From Gammaproteobacteria bacterium (GTDB taxonomy: Bacteria; Pseudomonadota; Gammaproteobacteria; J025): DNA of 34,628 bases. The notes beneath the pieces are model-generated. The model did not search any database, had not been told where the DNA came from, and was given only the letters and a program-made list of their open reading frames with translations. Below, piece after piece: positions 23,674 to 32,904 of the stretch. Each line of letters begins with the position of its first letter. The stretch's first letter is position 1. The stretch lies in contig RFGN01000738.1 in NCBI GenBank assembly GCA_003696645.1, forward strand, positions 1 through 34,628. Reading direction: 5' to 3'. Position numbers and translations under genes: made by a program.

Positions 23674-25400
23674 CCGCCCCCCCTCACTTCCTGGTAGAGG
23701 CGGTCCCTGACCTGCAACAGTTCATTGGCTTCCTCCGTCAGGATGCGGCCGCCGCGATCAAGCCATCGGGCGGTGAACTGTTCGAAGGCTTCGATTGGCA
23801 CCTTGCCACAGATAACATCGGTGTAAAACGTCAACTGCATGTTCTGAAGATCTGACAGATAGATGGGGGCGGAGGGGACAATGTCCGGCTTACCCAACGC
23901 GTCGACCATCAGCTTGTCTTTGGGCTGGTACTTGGATCGATGCTGTTTTTCTTCTTCGGAATACAAGAGTTCTTCATAAAGCGGACATTCCGGCCGCCAG
24001 ATCGTCAGCACCTCTCGTTCCCAGACGTTCTGATCGGTATAGGGTTCAAGCAACCGAATACCGCCGGCGTACTCACGGGTCGGGTCGATGAAATCCCAAT
24101 GCTTTCCTCGTTCACCATGACGATGACGGATATAGACTTCGGGACCGTTTGCAACAAAATACTCCATCATTTTTAGCGCGCGGATCACGATTTCGGGTTT
24201 CTCGGCCACACTCGTACCGAAAACAATGATATTGGCGGCACTCCCCCAGTTCCGACAACCACTATCACCGTAAGGCCCGACCGGGAATGAGCCGACGGCA
24301 ATCTCGGCGTCCGGGTTCAGCTGCGCCATCATCGGCTTGAGGGCGTTAGGATTCATCTCCCATTCGAAGTCGAGGTAACGCCCCAGTTGAGAGATGTAGC
24401 CGACCCGCCCGTTGATAAATTTGCTCCGTTCCTGGTTTCGGGTCATGCCATCGGTGACGAATTCCGGATCGATAATGCCTTCTTCGTACCACTCAGCCAA
24501 CATTTCAAGGGCTTCTTTAGCTCTAGGCGTGATTCCGCCCCAAACGATCCGCTTGCGTCCGTCTTCCTCGAGTTCCATCCAGTCGAACGGCAGTACGCCA
24601 TATGCCCCAAAGAATTCGGAGAACGTGATGTGCCAGGCTTGGGCGTTGCCGCTCATGCCGTAGGTATCGTCCCGCCCGTTACCATCCGGATCGTCATACG
24701 TGAACCGCCGCAGTGCCTCATGAAACTCCTCAAGGGTCTGCGGAATTCTTTCGATCCCGACGTTACGAAGCCAATCCACACGCCAGACCCCCGGGTTGGG
24801 ATACCCGCCGTCGATCCAGAGTGTTGGGATCCCCCAGTTTTCGCCGTAGGCATTAGCAAACAGCCACCCATTGGGATCGGTATCACTGATCATCTTGAAA
24901 TAAACGGGTGCGTGTTTTCGTATCAGCCAACGCGGTACGGGCACGATGACGCCGTGATGCGCATCGCTACGGGCGTGGGCCGGATTACCTTCAAAGATCA
25001 CGTGAGGGATATCGCCCCCAGCAAGCATCAGGGGTTTTCTACGTTCATACCCTTGGGCATCCATGAAAATCGGCTTGAGATCGATATTGATGATCTCCTC
25101 AATGATCCGTTCACCAAATGCCCCCTCCACGCCATTGGGAAATCTCGGCAGAGGCATCCACGAAATCACGAGACGCTCGCTCGGATCGTCTTCGACCTGC
25201 GACCAGTCGATGTAGGTTTTTTCAATGATCGCCTGGTTTGCCTGCTCAGGCGTCAACGCCGCACGGTAGACAGCGTAACCACAGGCTAATACACCGCCCC
25301 CCATCACGATGACTATCCAGAATATCAGGCCTGCTGTTTTCATACTCAAGCTTCTGGCGCGATTCGCCGAGCCAACAAGTCGTGTCGAAGCGGCCCGCAT
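23670..25400 (-). CDS. Large extracellular solute-binding lipoprotein (LplA/YtcQ-like) of the ABC importer
   Basis: 576-aa ORF. It has a hydrophobic leader with a lipobox-like GVLAC. The size and the position ahead of LplB/LplC-type permeases fit this family. An alternative ATG at 25343 (MKTAGLIF) is possible. Confidence 0.75.
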   Translation of the reverse strand: MRAASTRLVGSANRARSLSMKTAGLIFWIVIVMGGGVLACGYAVYRAALTPEQANQAIIEKTYIDWSQVEDDPSERLVISWMPLPRFPNGVEGAFGERIIEEIINIDLKPIFMDAQGYERRKPLMLAGGDIPHVIFEGNPAHARSDAHHGVIVPVPRWLIRKHAPVYFKMISDTDPNGWLFANAYGENWGIPTLWIDGGYPNPGVWRVDWLRNVGIERIPQTLEEFHEALRRFTYDDPDGNGRDDTYGMSGNAQAWHITFSEFFGAYGVLPFDWMELEEDGRKRIVWGGITPRAKEALEMLAEWYEEGIIDPEFVTDGMTRNQERSKFINGRVGYISQLGRYLDFEWEMNPNALKPMMAQLNPDAEIAVGSFPVGPYGDSGCRNWGSAANIIVFGTSVAEKPEIVIRALKMMEYFVANGPEVYIRHRHGERGKHWDFIDPTREYAGGIRLLEPYTDQNVWEREVLTIWRPECPLYEELLYSEEEKQHRSKYQPKDKLMVDALGKPDIVPSAPIYLSDLQNMQLTFYTDVICGKVPIEAFEQFTARWLDRGGRILTEEANELLQVRDRLYQEVRGGG

Positions 25401-25488
25401 CCCTTGTCACAGATATCCATACATAGACTGCCAAGATGGGCCATCTTGTACCGGCGGGACGCTTATGATTTCAATAACACCAACGACT

Positions 25489-26250
25489 TCACCGAATCGC
25501 ATCCCACTTTGAATCGTTGAAGTCGTTCAGGTTGTTATCTTTGGCGTTTTCAAAGAGCACGTCGAATGGTGTCTGTTCGACGTGCCCATCACAGAACACT
25601 TGATTTACTTTGCTCTTATGGGCTGCCATACGATTCGGATTTCGGTAAGCGGTTGCGGCAGCGACACGCCCTACGTTGATCCAACCGTTCACCCCACCAT
25701 CGATGTGATAATCAACAATCAGGATCGTATCGGAAGGCATGGTAACCTCAGGAACGGTCAATGACTTGAACTTCCAAGGCCCGGTCGCGTAGCCGTATTG
25801 CGAGCCGCAGATTCCCGGCGCAGCGGGTGTCTCTTTGCCGTAGTTGTCTGCTAAAGAATTCATCGCATAACTGAGAATGCTTTGCCGGTCATTTCGAATG
25901 ATAACCCGTTCCACCTCGTCTGAAGGGCAGGCGTATAACTCCTGATTTCCGCCGTAGACCGCGCCGTTCTGCATCTGAATCTCTCCCCTGCCGTCATAGG
26001 CGGGCAGCCGATTATTGAAGGTGTCATACTTACCATACGGGAGCATCTGCTCGGAATCTTCGGCATAAGTGAGACTCGCGATCGCGATCTGTCGCATATT
26101 GGATTTACATACCGACGACTTAGCCGCTTCCCGAGCTGCCCCCAAGGCGGGCAACAGAATCCCCACCAACAGGGCGATAATGCTGATGACAACAAGCAAT
26201 TCAATAAGAGTAAACCCCCATCGAGCCGAACGTTTTACATTTTTTAACAT
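25489..26250 (-). CDS. Prepilin-type N-terminal cleavage/methylation protein with H-X9-DG motif (DUF1559-like pseudopilin-like protein)
   Basis: 253-aa ORF. It has the class III signal [28 protein letters not shown]. The C-terminal [12 protein letters not shown] (nt 25585-25620) is an exact H-X9-DG motif. Confidence 0.85.
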   Translation of the reverse strand: MLKNVKRSARWGFTLIELLVVISIIALLVGILLPALGAAREAAKSSVCKSNMRQIAIASLTYAEDSEQMLPYGKYDTFNNRLPAYDGRGEIQMQNGAVYGGNQELYACPSDEVERVIIRNDRQSILSYAMNSLADNYGKETPAAPGICGSQYGYATGPWKFKSLTVPEVTMPSDTILIVDYHIDGGVNGWINVGRVAAATAYRNPNRMAAHKSKVNQVFCDGHVEQTPFDVLFENAKDNNLNDFNDSKWDAIR

Positions 26251-26583
26251 CCTAAACCTCGCTTTTTACCTTCCAGGCCCAGGTCCGCTCCAGCCCCGTA
26301 AACACAATAATTATCGCGCTAATTGGGCTTTGGCGCGGTTTATATCATATCGAACCAAGCAAAAAGATCAAGTCAAATAAAGTTAAACATGACAGTTTTA
26401 CATGCCCTGTGATCCCGAGGCCTTATACCTCAACGGACGCCACGGATCATACCACTGTGATTGCAGACACATACTTATGCTATCCCCCCACCTCACGCAC
26501 CATCGACACAAGAATTAAATGCTGGGGATGTGTGTTTTTATGGTAGCTCGTTGCGTCCGTGAAGTTACCTATTCCCCGTCCCG

Positions 26584-27750
26584 CTATACGTAGAAGTGCT
26601 TGTGCGAATGTATTTCACGAATCCCCGGATGCTTTTCCATTTCCTCTTCAATCAGATCCACCCCCAGCCCGGAACGATTGGACAGGTGTAAATAGCCTGA
26701 CCGGACATCAAGCGGATGAGAAATTACGGTATCACGCCAAGGCACATCATTAACCATAAACTCGCAGCGGAAAAAATTGGGGATAGATGCACACACATGG
26801 GCGCTGGCCAGGGTGCTAAGTGGGCCGTTGGGGTTATGCGGAGCGACCAATACGTTATACGCCTCAGCCATGGTTGCGATCCGTTTCATTTCACTGGGGC
26901 CTCCGCATCGCGTGATATCGGGCATGATGACATCACATATGTGTTTCTCAAGAACGGGTCTGAACCCGTGGCGGGTGTAGTGGCGTTCGCCGACACAGAT
27001 CGGAACATTCGCGGGCAGCCGTTTCCGCAGCGCCGCCAAGGTGTCTGCCGACTCAGGTCCGGCCGGCTCTTCGTACCACGTCACCCCCAATGGAGCCAGC
27101 CGATTGGCCATCTTGACTGCCACCTCCCCGTTGAGCATCGCATGCGTTTCTATCATGATGGCGATGCCCGGACCGACCGAATCCCGAACCGCCTGTGTGA
27201 TATCGAAAGCCAGATCCTGCTGATCGGGAGAGAGGGCGAGGTTGTCGTGCAGATCTTCGCCATAGAAGTAGTTCACGTGAGCAAAAGGATCAAACTTCAA
27301 GCCTGTGAACCCCTTTTCAACCACCGCCTTGGCCTGCTCCGCGTAGTCTTCGGGCGAGTGCCGACCGCCTGTAAACCAGTAATTCGCATACAACTGAATA
27401 CGGTCGCGGTATGCCCCCCCCAATAAATTGTAGACCGGCGTCCCCAATGCCTTGCCTTTCAAGTCAAGTAATGCCATGTCGAGACCAGAGATGGCACATA
27501 AACTCGCCCCATAAGGACCAATCCAATTCAGATCGCGATACAGCTTGGTCCAGATGTAGTCCGTGCGCATCGGGTCCATTCCGATTACCCGCTCGCCGAC
27601 ATGCCTGGTTGCCGCTTCGATAATGGGAGATCCCGGCCAGTTGGTGGATTCACCGACCCCTGTGAGTCCCTCATCTGTATAGACTTTTAGAAGGGTCCAA
27701 TTGTATTTCACCCCTTCCACCAACCAGACTTTCACATCGGTAATCTTCAT
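26584..27750 (-). CDS. Enolase-superfamily acid-sugar dehydratase (D-galactonate/D-mannonate dehydratase-like)
   Basis: 388-aa ORF. The N-terminus MKITDVKVWLV...TDEGLTGVGEST and the block AISGLDMALLDLKGKALGTPVYNLLGG are typical of this group. The metal-ligand contexts LKFDPF, WYEEP and VGERH are present. Confidence 0.8.
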   Translation of the reverse strand: MKITDVKVWLVEGVKYNWTLLKVYTDEGLTGVGESTNWPGSPIIEAATRHVGERVIGMDPMRTDYIWTKLYRDLNWIGPYGASLCAISGLDMALLDLKGKALGTPVYNLLGGAYRDRIQLYANYWFTGGRHSPEDYAEQAKAVVEKGFTGLKFDPFAHVNYFYGEDLHDNLALSPDQQDLAFDITQAVRDSVGPGIAIMIETHAMLNGEVAVKMANRLAPLGVTWYEEPAGPESADTLAALRKRLPANVPICVGERHYTRHGFRPVLEKHICDVIMPDITRCGGPSEMKRIATMAEAYNVLVAPHNPNGPLSTLASAHVCASIPNFFRCEFMVNDVPWRDTVISHPLDVRSGYLHLSNRSGLGVDLIEEEMEKHPGIREIHSHKHFYV

Positions 27751-27801
27751 GTCGCCTCGTTTATAATTGAATCTGGACTAAATACTATCCTGAATACACT
27801 T

Positions 27802-28956
27802 TTATCGATTCGGGACCAACGGAGACCTGAGGGCCTCGACGGTTTCATCCAATGATGCCGCCCCGGACCAGAAACGATCCAGAGTGTCGGCATTGCGGAG
27901 TTCAATATCATGGAACCCGCTATACCTTGGGCGGATAAAGCTGTGCTCCATCAAAGATGACATGTCTGAATAAAACCCGTTAACGGTATCGTTGATTTTC
28001 ACATCATCCCAGACAGACCGATCGGCGGGTTGGCCTGAGTTTGACGGGAATATGCGGCGCTGAACGGATTCAGACATGACATACATCGCGTATGCTGACG
28101 CGGCTTCTACCTCCCGGCACGTCTGGGTTACTGCCAGTCCGACACCGCCCAATATTGGCGTTGGTGGCTTGTTCCATAAGGTGGGACATCCGGCCAGTCT
28201 GAGCTTGCGATTGCCGGCAGTATTGAAGTAATTGACATATCCGAAAATCTGGGGACAGTATGAGACGTCGTCATGAGTCGTCATGTACTCATAGATATCC
28301 CACGGCCCCCAAGTCGTGGAACCCGGAGGGACGAAAGTCAACAATTCAGACAGCATAACCAAGATCTTCCTGGCCGCTTCGGGGTCACAGGTCGGGTTTT
28401 CGGGATCGGTATAAGCGGGAGTGCCGAGGGAATTCATTAAGGCCAGAAAAAGACAATTGCCCAGCACCGAGTTAATGCTTAACACCAACGGGTAACTTCT
28501 AGGCGGATCGAACCGCTGTTTGGCCCATTCTCCAAGCACACTCCAATCTCGTGGCAAGTCATGAATCGCCAACAAGTCTTCACGTATCAAGCCTGCGTGA
28601 CATGCGGCATCAACCGGAAGCGCCCATAGCCGGTCATGCCATACATAACTGTCATAGCTAGGAGGAACGACACGTCGCTTAAGATCATCAAGATAAGACT
28701 GATCTACCAAAGAGTCCCACGCGCGGAGATAGCTATGGCTTACCAGTGTTCCAACCCAAGGATGATCGAGCATGACCATGTCATAAGGCTTGCACTTACC
28801 CGTCACAGCATCGAGCAGACGATGTTCAAACTCAATCCACGGCAAGGCTTCCCACACGACTTCCACATCTGGGTGTAACTCTCGCCACAAGCGTGCCGCG
28901 GCCATTAACGGATCCACCCCCCTTGGGTTCTGCCACGTCAAGCCTATTAAACGCAT
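27802..28956 (-). CDS. Leaderless (cytoplasmic) solute-binding-protein-fold protein, function unknown
   Basis: 384-aa ORF. It begins MRLIGLTWQNPRGVDPL with no signal peptide or lipobox. The layout (WQNP...W.E.HP.V.V.W...PW..F..RL, YDMVMLDHPWVG, LWALPVDAACH) resembles family-1 ABC substrate-binding proteins. The family call is moderate. Confidence 0.55.
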   Translation of the reverse strand: MRLIGLTWQNPRGVDPLMAAARLWRELHPDVEVVWEALPWIEFEHRLLDAVTGKCKPYDMVMLDHPWVGTLVSHSYLRAWDSLVDQSYLDDLKRRVVPPSYDSYVWHDRLWALPVDAACHAGLIREDLLAIHDLPRDWSVLGEWAKQRFDPPRSYPLVLSINSVLGNCLFLALMNSLGTPAYTDPENPTCDPEAARKILVMLSELLTFVPPGSTTWGPWDIYEYMTTHDDVSYCPQIFGYVNYFNTAGNRKLRLAGCPTLWNKPPTPILGGVGLAVTQTCREVEAASAYAMYVMSESVQRRIFPSNSGQPADRSVWDDVKINDTVNGFYSDMSSLMEHSFIRPRYSGFHDIELRNADTLDRFWSGAASLDETVEALRSPLVPNR

Positions 28957-28966
28957 CGGCTGCCCC

Positions 28967-29278
28967 TTATTTCAACGGGCTAAGTTCGGTGGGCGAAAGA
29001 AAGACGGCTTCCTGAGTGACGTAGTGTTGTCGACACTCCTCCAGGTATTCAGCAAAACCCGGATGCTTGAGCAGTGCTTGGCGCGCTTCCTGTCGGTGGT
29101 TCAGATCCTTGAATGCCCAAAGGGTATAAATCTGGTTACAAGTTCCTGACTCACCGACCCACTGGCCGACCATGCCAAAATAGGGTTCCAACATCGCCCG
29201 GCCTCGTTCCCGCCACATCTGTAAAACCTTATTAACGCTTCCGGGCTTGCAGGTATAGATCCGCAGTTCGTAGATCAC
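28967..29278 (-). CDS. NIPSNAP-family protein (dimeric alpha/beta-barrel fold)
   Basis: 103-aa ORF with a GTG start that forms a GTGA overlap with the upstream SDR stop. The start IYELRIYTCKPG and the internal block IYTLWAFKDLNHRQEAR are typical NIPSNAP features. Confidence 0.7.
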   Translation of the reverse strand: MIYELRIYTCKPGSVNKVLQMWRERGRAMLEPYFGMVGQWVGESGTCNQIYTLWAFKDLNHRQEARQALLKHPGFAEYLEECRQHYVTQEAVFLSPTELSPLK

Positions 29279-30060
29279 GCTTCACCTCCAAGCTTCGGGA
29301 TACTAGCCCCCAGGTCCACTTTGATGACCTGCCCATTCACATCTTCAGCCAACGGCGAACACAGCCAGACAAAGGCATCCCCGATCGCTTCGGGACGTAC
29401 CATCCGCTTAAGCGGGATGACTCGATTGACCATGGACCGGTATTCGGGATCGTTTTCATAAACGATCAGGCAAGAACCGGCGGCCACATGGCCGGGCGCT
29501 ACTAGGTTGTAACGGATACCGGCCTCCGCATGCTCGAGCGCCAGCGTTCTGGCAAACATCTCAAGCGCGGCTTTGGCTGGGTTGTAGGCAGAGAGATCAA
29601 CCCAAGGCACCGAGCCACACAACGATGAGGTATAGATCATGTGACCGCGTATCCCGGCATCCAACCAATAGCGAGTCACGGCACGAGTCAGATAGACCTG
29701 GCCATGGAAATTGAATCTGAAGATCCGTTCGTATTCCTCCGGACTGGTTTCATGAAACGGATGCAGAGGACAGCCGCCGGCATGACCGAGACATATTTCG
29801 ATCTGTTTATAACGCCTGCTCAGCTCTGAAACAGCTGTGTTAACCGATTCAGGATCCATCACATCCATCACGGTATAGGGGGTTCTGTCTTCCGGTACAC
29901 CCCAGGAATCAATACGTTCACGAGCCTGATCCGGGGGAACAATATCCGTACACAACACAACAGCACCAGCCTCCACAAGCCGTTTGGTCACGAACTCGGC
30001 AATCGCACCGAGCGCCCCGGTCAACAAGATGGTCTTACCTGTCAAGTCGATCGTGATCAT
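29275..30060 (-). CDS. Short-chain dehydrogenase/reductase
   Basis: 261-aa ORF. It has the cofactor motif LLTGALGAIAEFV and the catalytic SAYNPAKAAL (YxxxK) motif. An ATGA overlap links it to the upstream gene. Confidence 0.8.
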   Translation of the reverse strand: MITIDLTGKTILLTGALGAIAEFVTKRLVEAGAVVLCTDIVPPDQARERIDSWGVPEDRTPYTVMDVMDPESVNTAVSELSRRYKQIEICLGHAGGCPLHPFHETSPEEYERIFRFNFHGQVYLTRAVTRYWLDAGIRGHMIYTSSLCGSVPWVDLSAYNPAKAALEMFARTLALEHAEAGIRYNLVAPGHVAAGSCLIVYENDPEYRSMVNRVIPLKRMVRPEAIGDAFVWLCSPLAEDVNGQVIKVDLGASIPKLGGEA

Positions 30061-31163
30061 GTTTCCTTGCTCCGGTATGTGTTAACAGCGTTCCAGTCCC
30101 ACTCAATGCCGATCCCGCTGAAATCATGATGAAAATCAGGTTTGCTCGGTTTCGGTGCCGTCCGCCAGAGAAGATGGGCCGAGTCAAGCCCCAGGCTTTC
30201 CGGCATACGTTCGACCCAATTGACATTCGGCGCCGCGTAAGCCAACTGGGTGTGAAGTTGGTCGAATATGTGACAGGCCACCGGCAACCCATGTCGATCG
30301 GCCAACTCAGCAATCTTCAGAAACGCACGCACACCACCGCACACGGTGGCATCCAAACGCACGACATTGACCCGACCGGGCTCCATCAGACGAGAAAAAG
30401 CTCTCAAGCCGCTCTGCTCATCTCCGACCGCGATCGGCACGCCGGCCTCGCGCCGCAACAACTCAATCCCCTCGTAATCATCAAATGCAACCGGGTCTTC
30501 GATCCATCCGAGATTCAAGTCTTTCCAGCATCGGATCTCACGGGCAAAGCGATGTGGGTCCTGCACCTGCCAGAACAGGTCGATCATGACCGGAAAATCC
30601 GGCCCCAACACCTCTCGACACACCTTAAGGCGGGCCGTATCACGAGCCGGATCACCGCTGCTGGCGATCTTGACACCATCAGCCCCGGCTTCTCGCATGG
30701 CCTGTACCTGAGTACCCAGCGAATCATGCGTTTCGTCAGGAGTGGGATAGCCCCCTACCAACAGCAGATGGATCGGACGGCCAATCCCATTCAGATATTC
30801 ACCCAGCGGTTTTTCCGCCCGCTTGGCAAGCAGGTCATACAAGGCGCAATCACACAGACTGAGTGCTCGCCAGAATATCCCGTGGGTTCCCAAGCACACA
30901 TTTGCCTGAACTGTTTGGTTATAAACTTCATCGTGGCGATCAAGATCAGCGCCTTGCCAGGCGGGTGAAATCGTCTGGCGGACAGTTGCACCGATTGGGG
31001 CATTCCGTGTTAGCCCATACGAAACACCTTCAGTACCCTGTTCATCACGAACACGGACTATGCAATATTCACGATCTTTTATCTGCATCCGGCCAAGGGT
31101 AAAAGGCTTCGGAAGTGGAACCCGTACGGTATACGTTTCGATATCGACAATCCGTCCGCTCAT
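30057..31163 (-). CDS. Enolase-superfamily (mandelate racemase/muconate lactonizing enzyme family) protein, probable acid-sugar dehydratase
   Basis: 368-aa ORF. It has an N-terminal capping domain (IVDIETYTVRVPL) and the barrel metal-ligand contexts VMIDLF, GWIEDP and AVGDEQ. An ATGA overlap links it to the upstream gene. Confidence 0.75.
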   Translation of the reverse strand: MSGRIVDIETYTVRVPLPKPFTLGRMQIKDREYCIVRVRDEQGTEGVSYGLTRNAPIGATVRQTISPAWQGADLDRHDEVYNQTVQANVCLGTHGIFWRALSLCDCALYDLLAKRAEKPLGEYLNGIGRPIHLLLVGGYPTPDETHDSLGTQVQAMREAGADGVKIASSGDPARDTARLKVCREVLGPDFPVMIDLFWQVQDPHRFAREIRCWKDLNLGWIEDPVAFDDYEGIELLRREAGVPIAVGDEQSGLRAFSRLMEPGRVNVVRLDATVCGGVRAFLKIAELADRHGLPVACHIFDQLHTQLAYAAPNVNWVERMPESLGLDSAHLLWRTAPKPSKPDFHHDFSGIGIEWDWNAVNTYRSKET

Positions 31164-31954
31164 GATGGGGCATCCTCCGCGGCCCCGTATATGGAATATC
31201 CGCCGTCAATAAACAACACCTGCCCGGTCACGTATTGCGACAAATCTGAGCTGAGGAATACGGATGCTTTACCAATATCTCCAGGTTCACCGATCCGCCG
31301 CATGGGGATACGGGCCAGGATTCGATTTTCATCAATAGCGCCTTTCGCTCTATATTCTTCGTATAAAGGTGTCCGGTGGTAACCCGGGCAAATCACATTG
31401 ACACGGATCCGGTGCCGAGCCCAGTCCACTGCCAAGCTGCGGGTCAAACCGACTACCGCGGTTTTACTGGTCCCGTAAATCCCCCGTCGTGGCATCCCGA
31501 AGGCGGCGTTCAAACTGCCTATGTTGATGATGGATCCCGGACTACCGGAATCGATCCAGCGCCTTGCCACCAGCTGACTCATCATCAAAACCGCGGTCAG
31601 ATTGACACTCATCACGCGGTCCCACTGTTCCTGCGTGATCTGCTCTGCGGGCGCATGAAGTTGTATGCCCGCATTGTTGACCAGTGTGTCAAGACGCCCT
31701 AGTCGCCGGAATGCTTCTGACACAGCCTGTTCACGTTGTTCCGGGCTCGTCACGTCACCGGCCAAACCGATGTGTCCATCGCCCGGCAGATTGCTGGCCG
31801 ACTCCTCTACTAAGACACGGTTGCGATCCATCAATGCCACGACTGCGCCGTGACGTGCCATACAAGTGGCGATGGCCAGCCCCAGCCCTTGGGCGCCGCC
31901 AGTCACCAGCACCCGAACACCCTGCAATAATGGCTTTGCGCCCTCGCCCGTCAT
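31160..31954 (-). CDS. Short-chain dehydrogenase/reductase (classical)
   Basis: The ORF track extends to 31993. I prefer the ATG at 31954 (MTGEGAKPLLQG), which forms an ATGA overlap with the MBL stop. It has the motifs VLVTGGAQGLGLAIA, NNAG and YGTSKTAV (YxxxK). Confidence 0.85.
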   Translation of the reverse strand: MTGEGAKPLLQGVRVLVTGGAQGLGLAIATCMARHGAVVALMDRNRVLVEESASNLPGDGHIGLAGDVTSPEQREQAVSEAFRRLGRLDTLVNNAGIQLHAPAEQITQEQWDRVMSVNLTAVLMMSQLVARRWIDSGSPGSIINIGSLNAAFGMPRRGIYGTSKTAVVGLTRSLAVDWARHRIRVNVICPGYHRTPLYEEYRAKGAIDENRILARIPMRRIGEPGDIGKASVFLSSDLSQYVTGQVLFIDGGYSIYGAAEDAPS

Positions 31955-32904
31955 GTCCTCACCACCAGTCCATTGTCGGATATTTCCACACACCCCTGAT
32001 TACTGAGATAGTCCAAGTAGCCGTCCAAAGCGTATGAATAGTGGGCGTAATCGGCTTCCCCCCAAGTTCCCCACGACCGGTTCAACACGAGCAACAGTTC
32101 TGAAAAAGACGCCTGACCTTGGGCTCTGATGAAATCATGAAGCAAGCCAAGATCGCGATAGACCGTCTCCCTGCTTTGCCTCAGGAACTCGGTAAACATG
32201 TCACCGCTCATCGGCTCCCAATGGCAGGGCATGGCAGTGCTCACCGATAGTTCCACCAATCGTTGCAATGTCTTGAGGTAATCCGCGATGTATTGATGCG
32301 TAGGCGGCATTGAAGGCTTGCCGGTCGCATCCGGCGGGCCATATCCCAACACCGCGTCTCCCAAGAGAAGTTCACCTGTTTCCGCACACCACAGACACAC
32401 ATGCCCGGGGCTGTGGCCCGGGGTATGCAGGACACACCAAGCCTGATCCGCCCCGTCGATTTGATCTCCCTCGTTCAATTCACAGTCGACGACACAATGA
32501 TCCCCACACATCTGCCTCAACGCGGACATGACCTCGGGTGGATAGCAATGACCGAAACGATTCTTGGCATGGCCATAACGTTCTTGAACAAGACGATCAT
32601 GATCTTCCACCCATGCGCGGTCAGCCTGATGACAGGCCACCACCATCTCGGGGTATTGCTGCTTCAGGGACGCGACATCGCCTAGATGATCGGCGTCGGC
32701 GTGCGAGATGATGGCCTTGCGGATGTCTCCCGACCACACCCCCTGCCTTAATCGGCTGGTCAATGAACCGGGCACGCCCGCATCAAACAGCACCCACCCA
32801 TCCTCGTGCCTGAGCGCGTAAAACGACAACAACCGTTCGCCCAAGGGCTCAAACAGACGCCATAGGCCCGGTCGTATTTCTTCTGCCCCCTTCGTCAAGT
32901 TCAT
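31951..32904 (-). CDS. Metallo-beta-lactamase-fold hydrolase with a variant HxDxDH motif (candidate lactonase)
   Basis: 317-aa ORF. Motif 2 reads SHADADHLGD (nt 32686-32703) instead of HxHxDH. The other ligand contexts (HTPGHSPGH, LLLGD, PCHWEP) are present. An ATGA overlap links it to the regulator stop. Confidence 0.75.
   Translation of the reverse strand: MNLTKGAEEIRPGLWRLFEPLGERLLSFYALRHEDGWVLFDAGVPGSLTSRLRQGVWSGDIRKAIISHADADHLGDVASLKQQYPEMVVACHQADRAWVEDHDRLVQERYGHAKNRFGHCYPPEVMSALRQMCGDHCVVDCELNEGDQIDGADQAWCVLHTPGHSPGHVCLWCAETGELLLGDAVLGYGPPDATGKPSMPPTHQYIADYLKTLQRLVELSVSTAMPCHWEPMSGDMFTEFLRQSRETVYRDLGLLHDFIRAQGQASFSELLLVLNRSWGTWGEADYAHYSYALDGYLDYLSNQGCVEISDNGLVVRT

Noticed and set aside
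24387-25289. A 300-aa plus-strand ORF opposite the solute-binding protein gene.
   Set aside because: It is a shadow ORF. The minus-strand product has a lipoprotein leader and sits in an ABC-operon context.
26227-26240. A LacI-operator-like core, GAACGTTTT, at the start of the pseudopilin-like gene.
   Set aside because: Only the central AACGTT is symmetric. The flanks do not pair, and the site lies inside the coding sequence.
26315-26337. The hairpin CGCGC-N13-GCGCG, considered as a possible terminator between the eight-gene operon and the pseudopilin gene.
   Set aside because: It has only a 5-bp stem with a 13-nt loop and no proper U-tract on the minus strand, so it is too weak to call.
30126-30968. 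A 280-aa plus-strand ORF opposite the second enolase-superfamily gene. A 236-aa ORF at 26716..27426 lies opposite the first.
   Set aside because: These are shadow ORFs. The enolase-superfamily metal-ligand motifs are on the minus strand.
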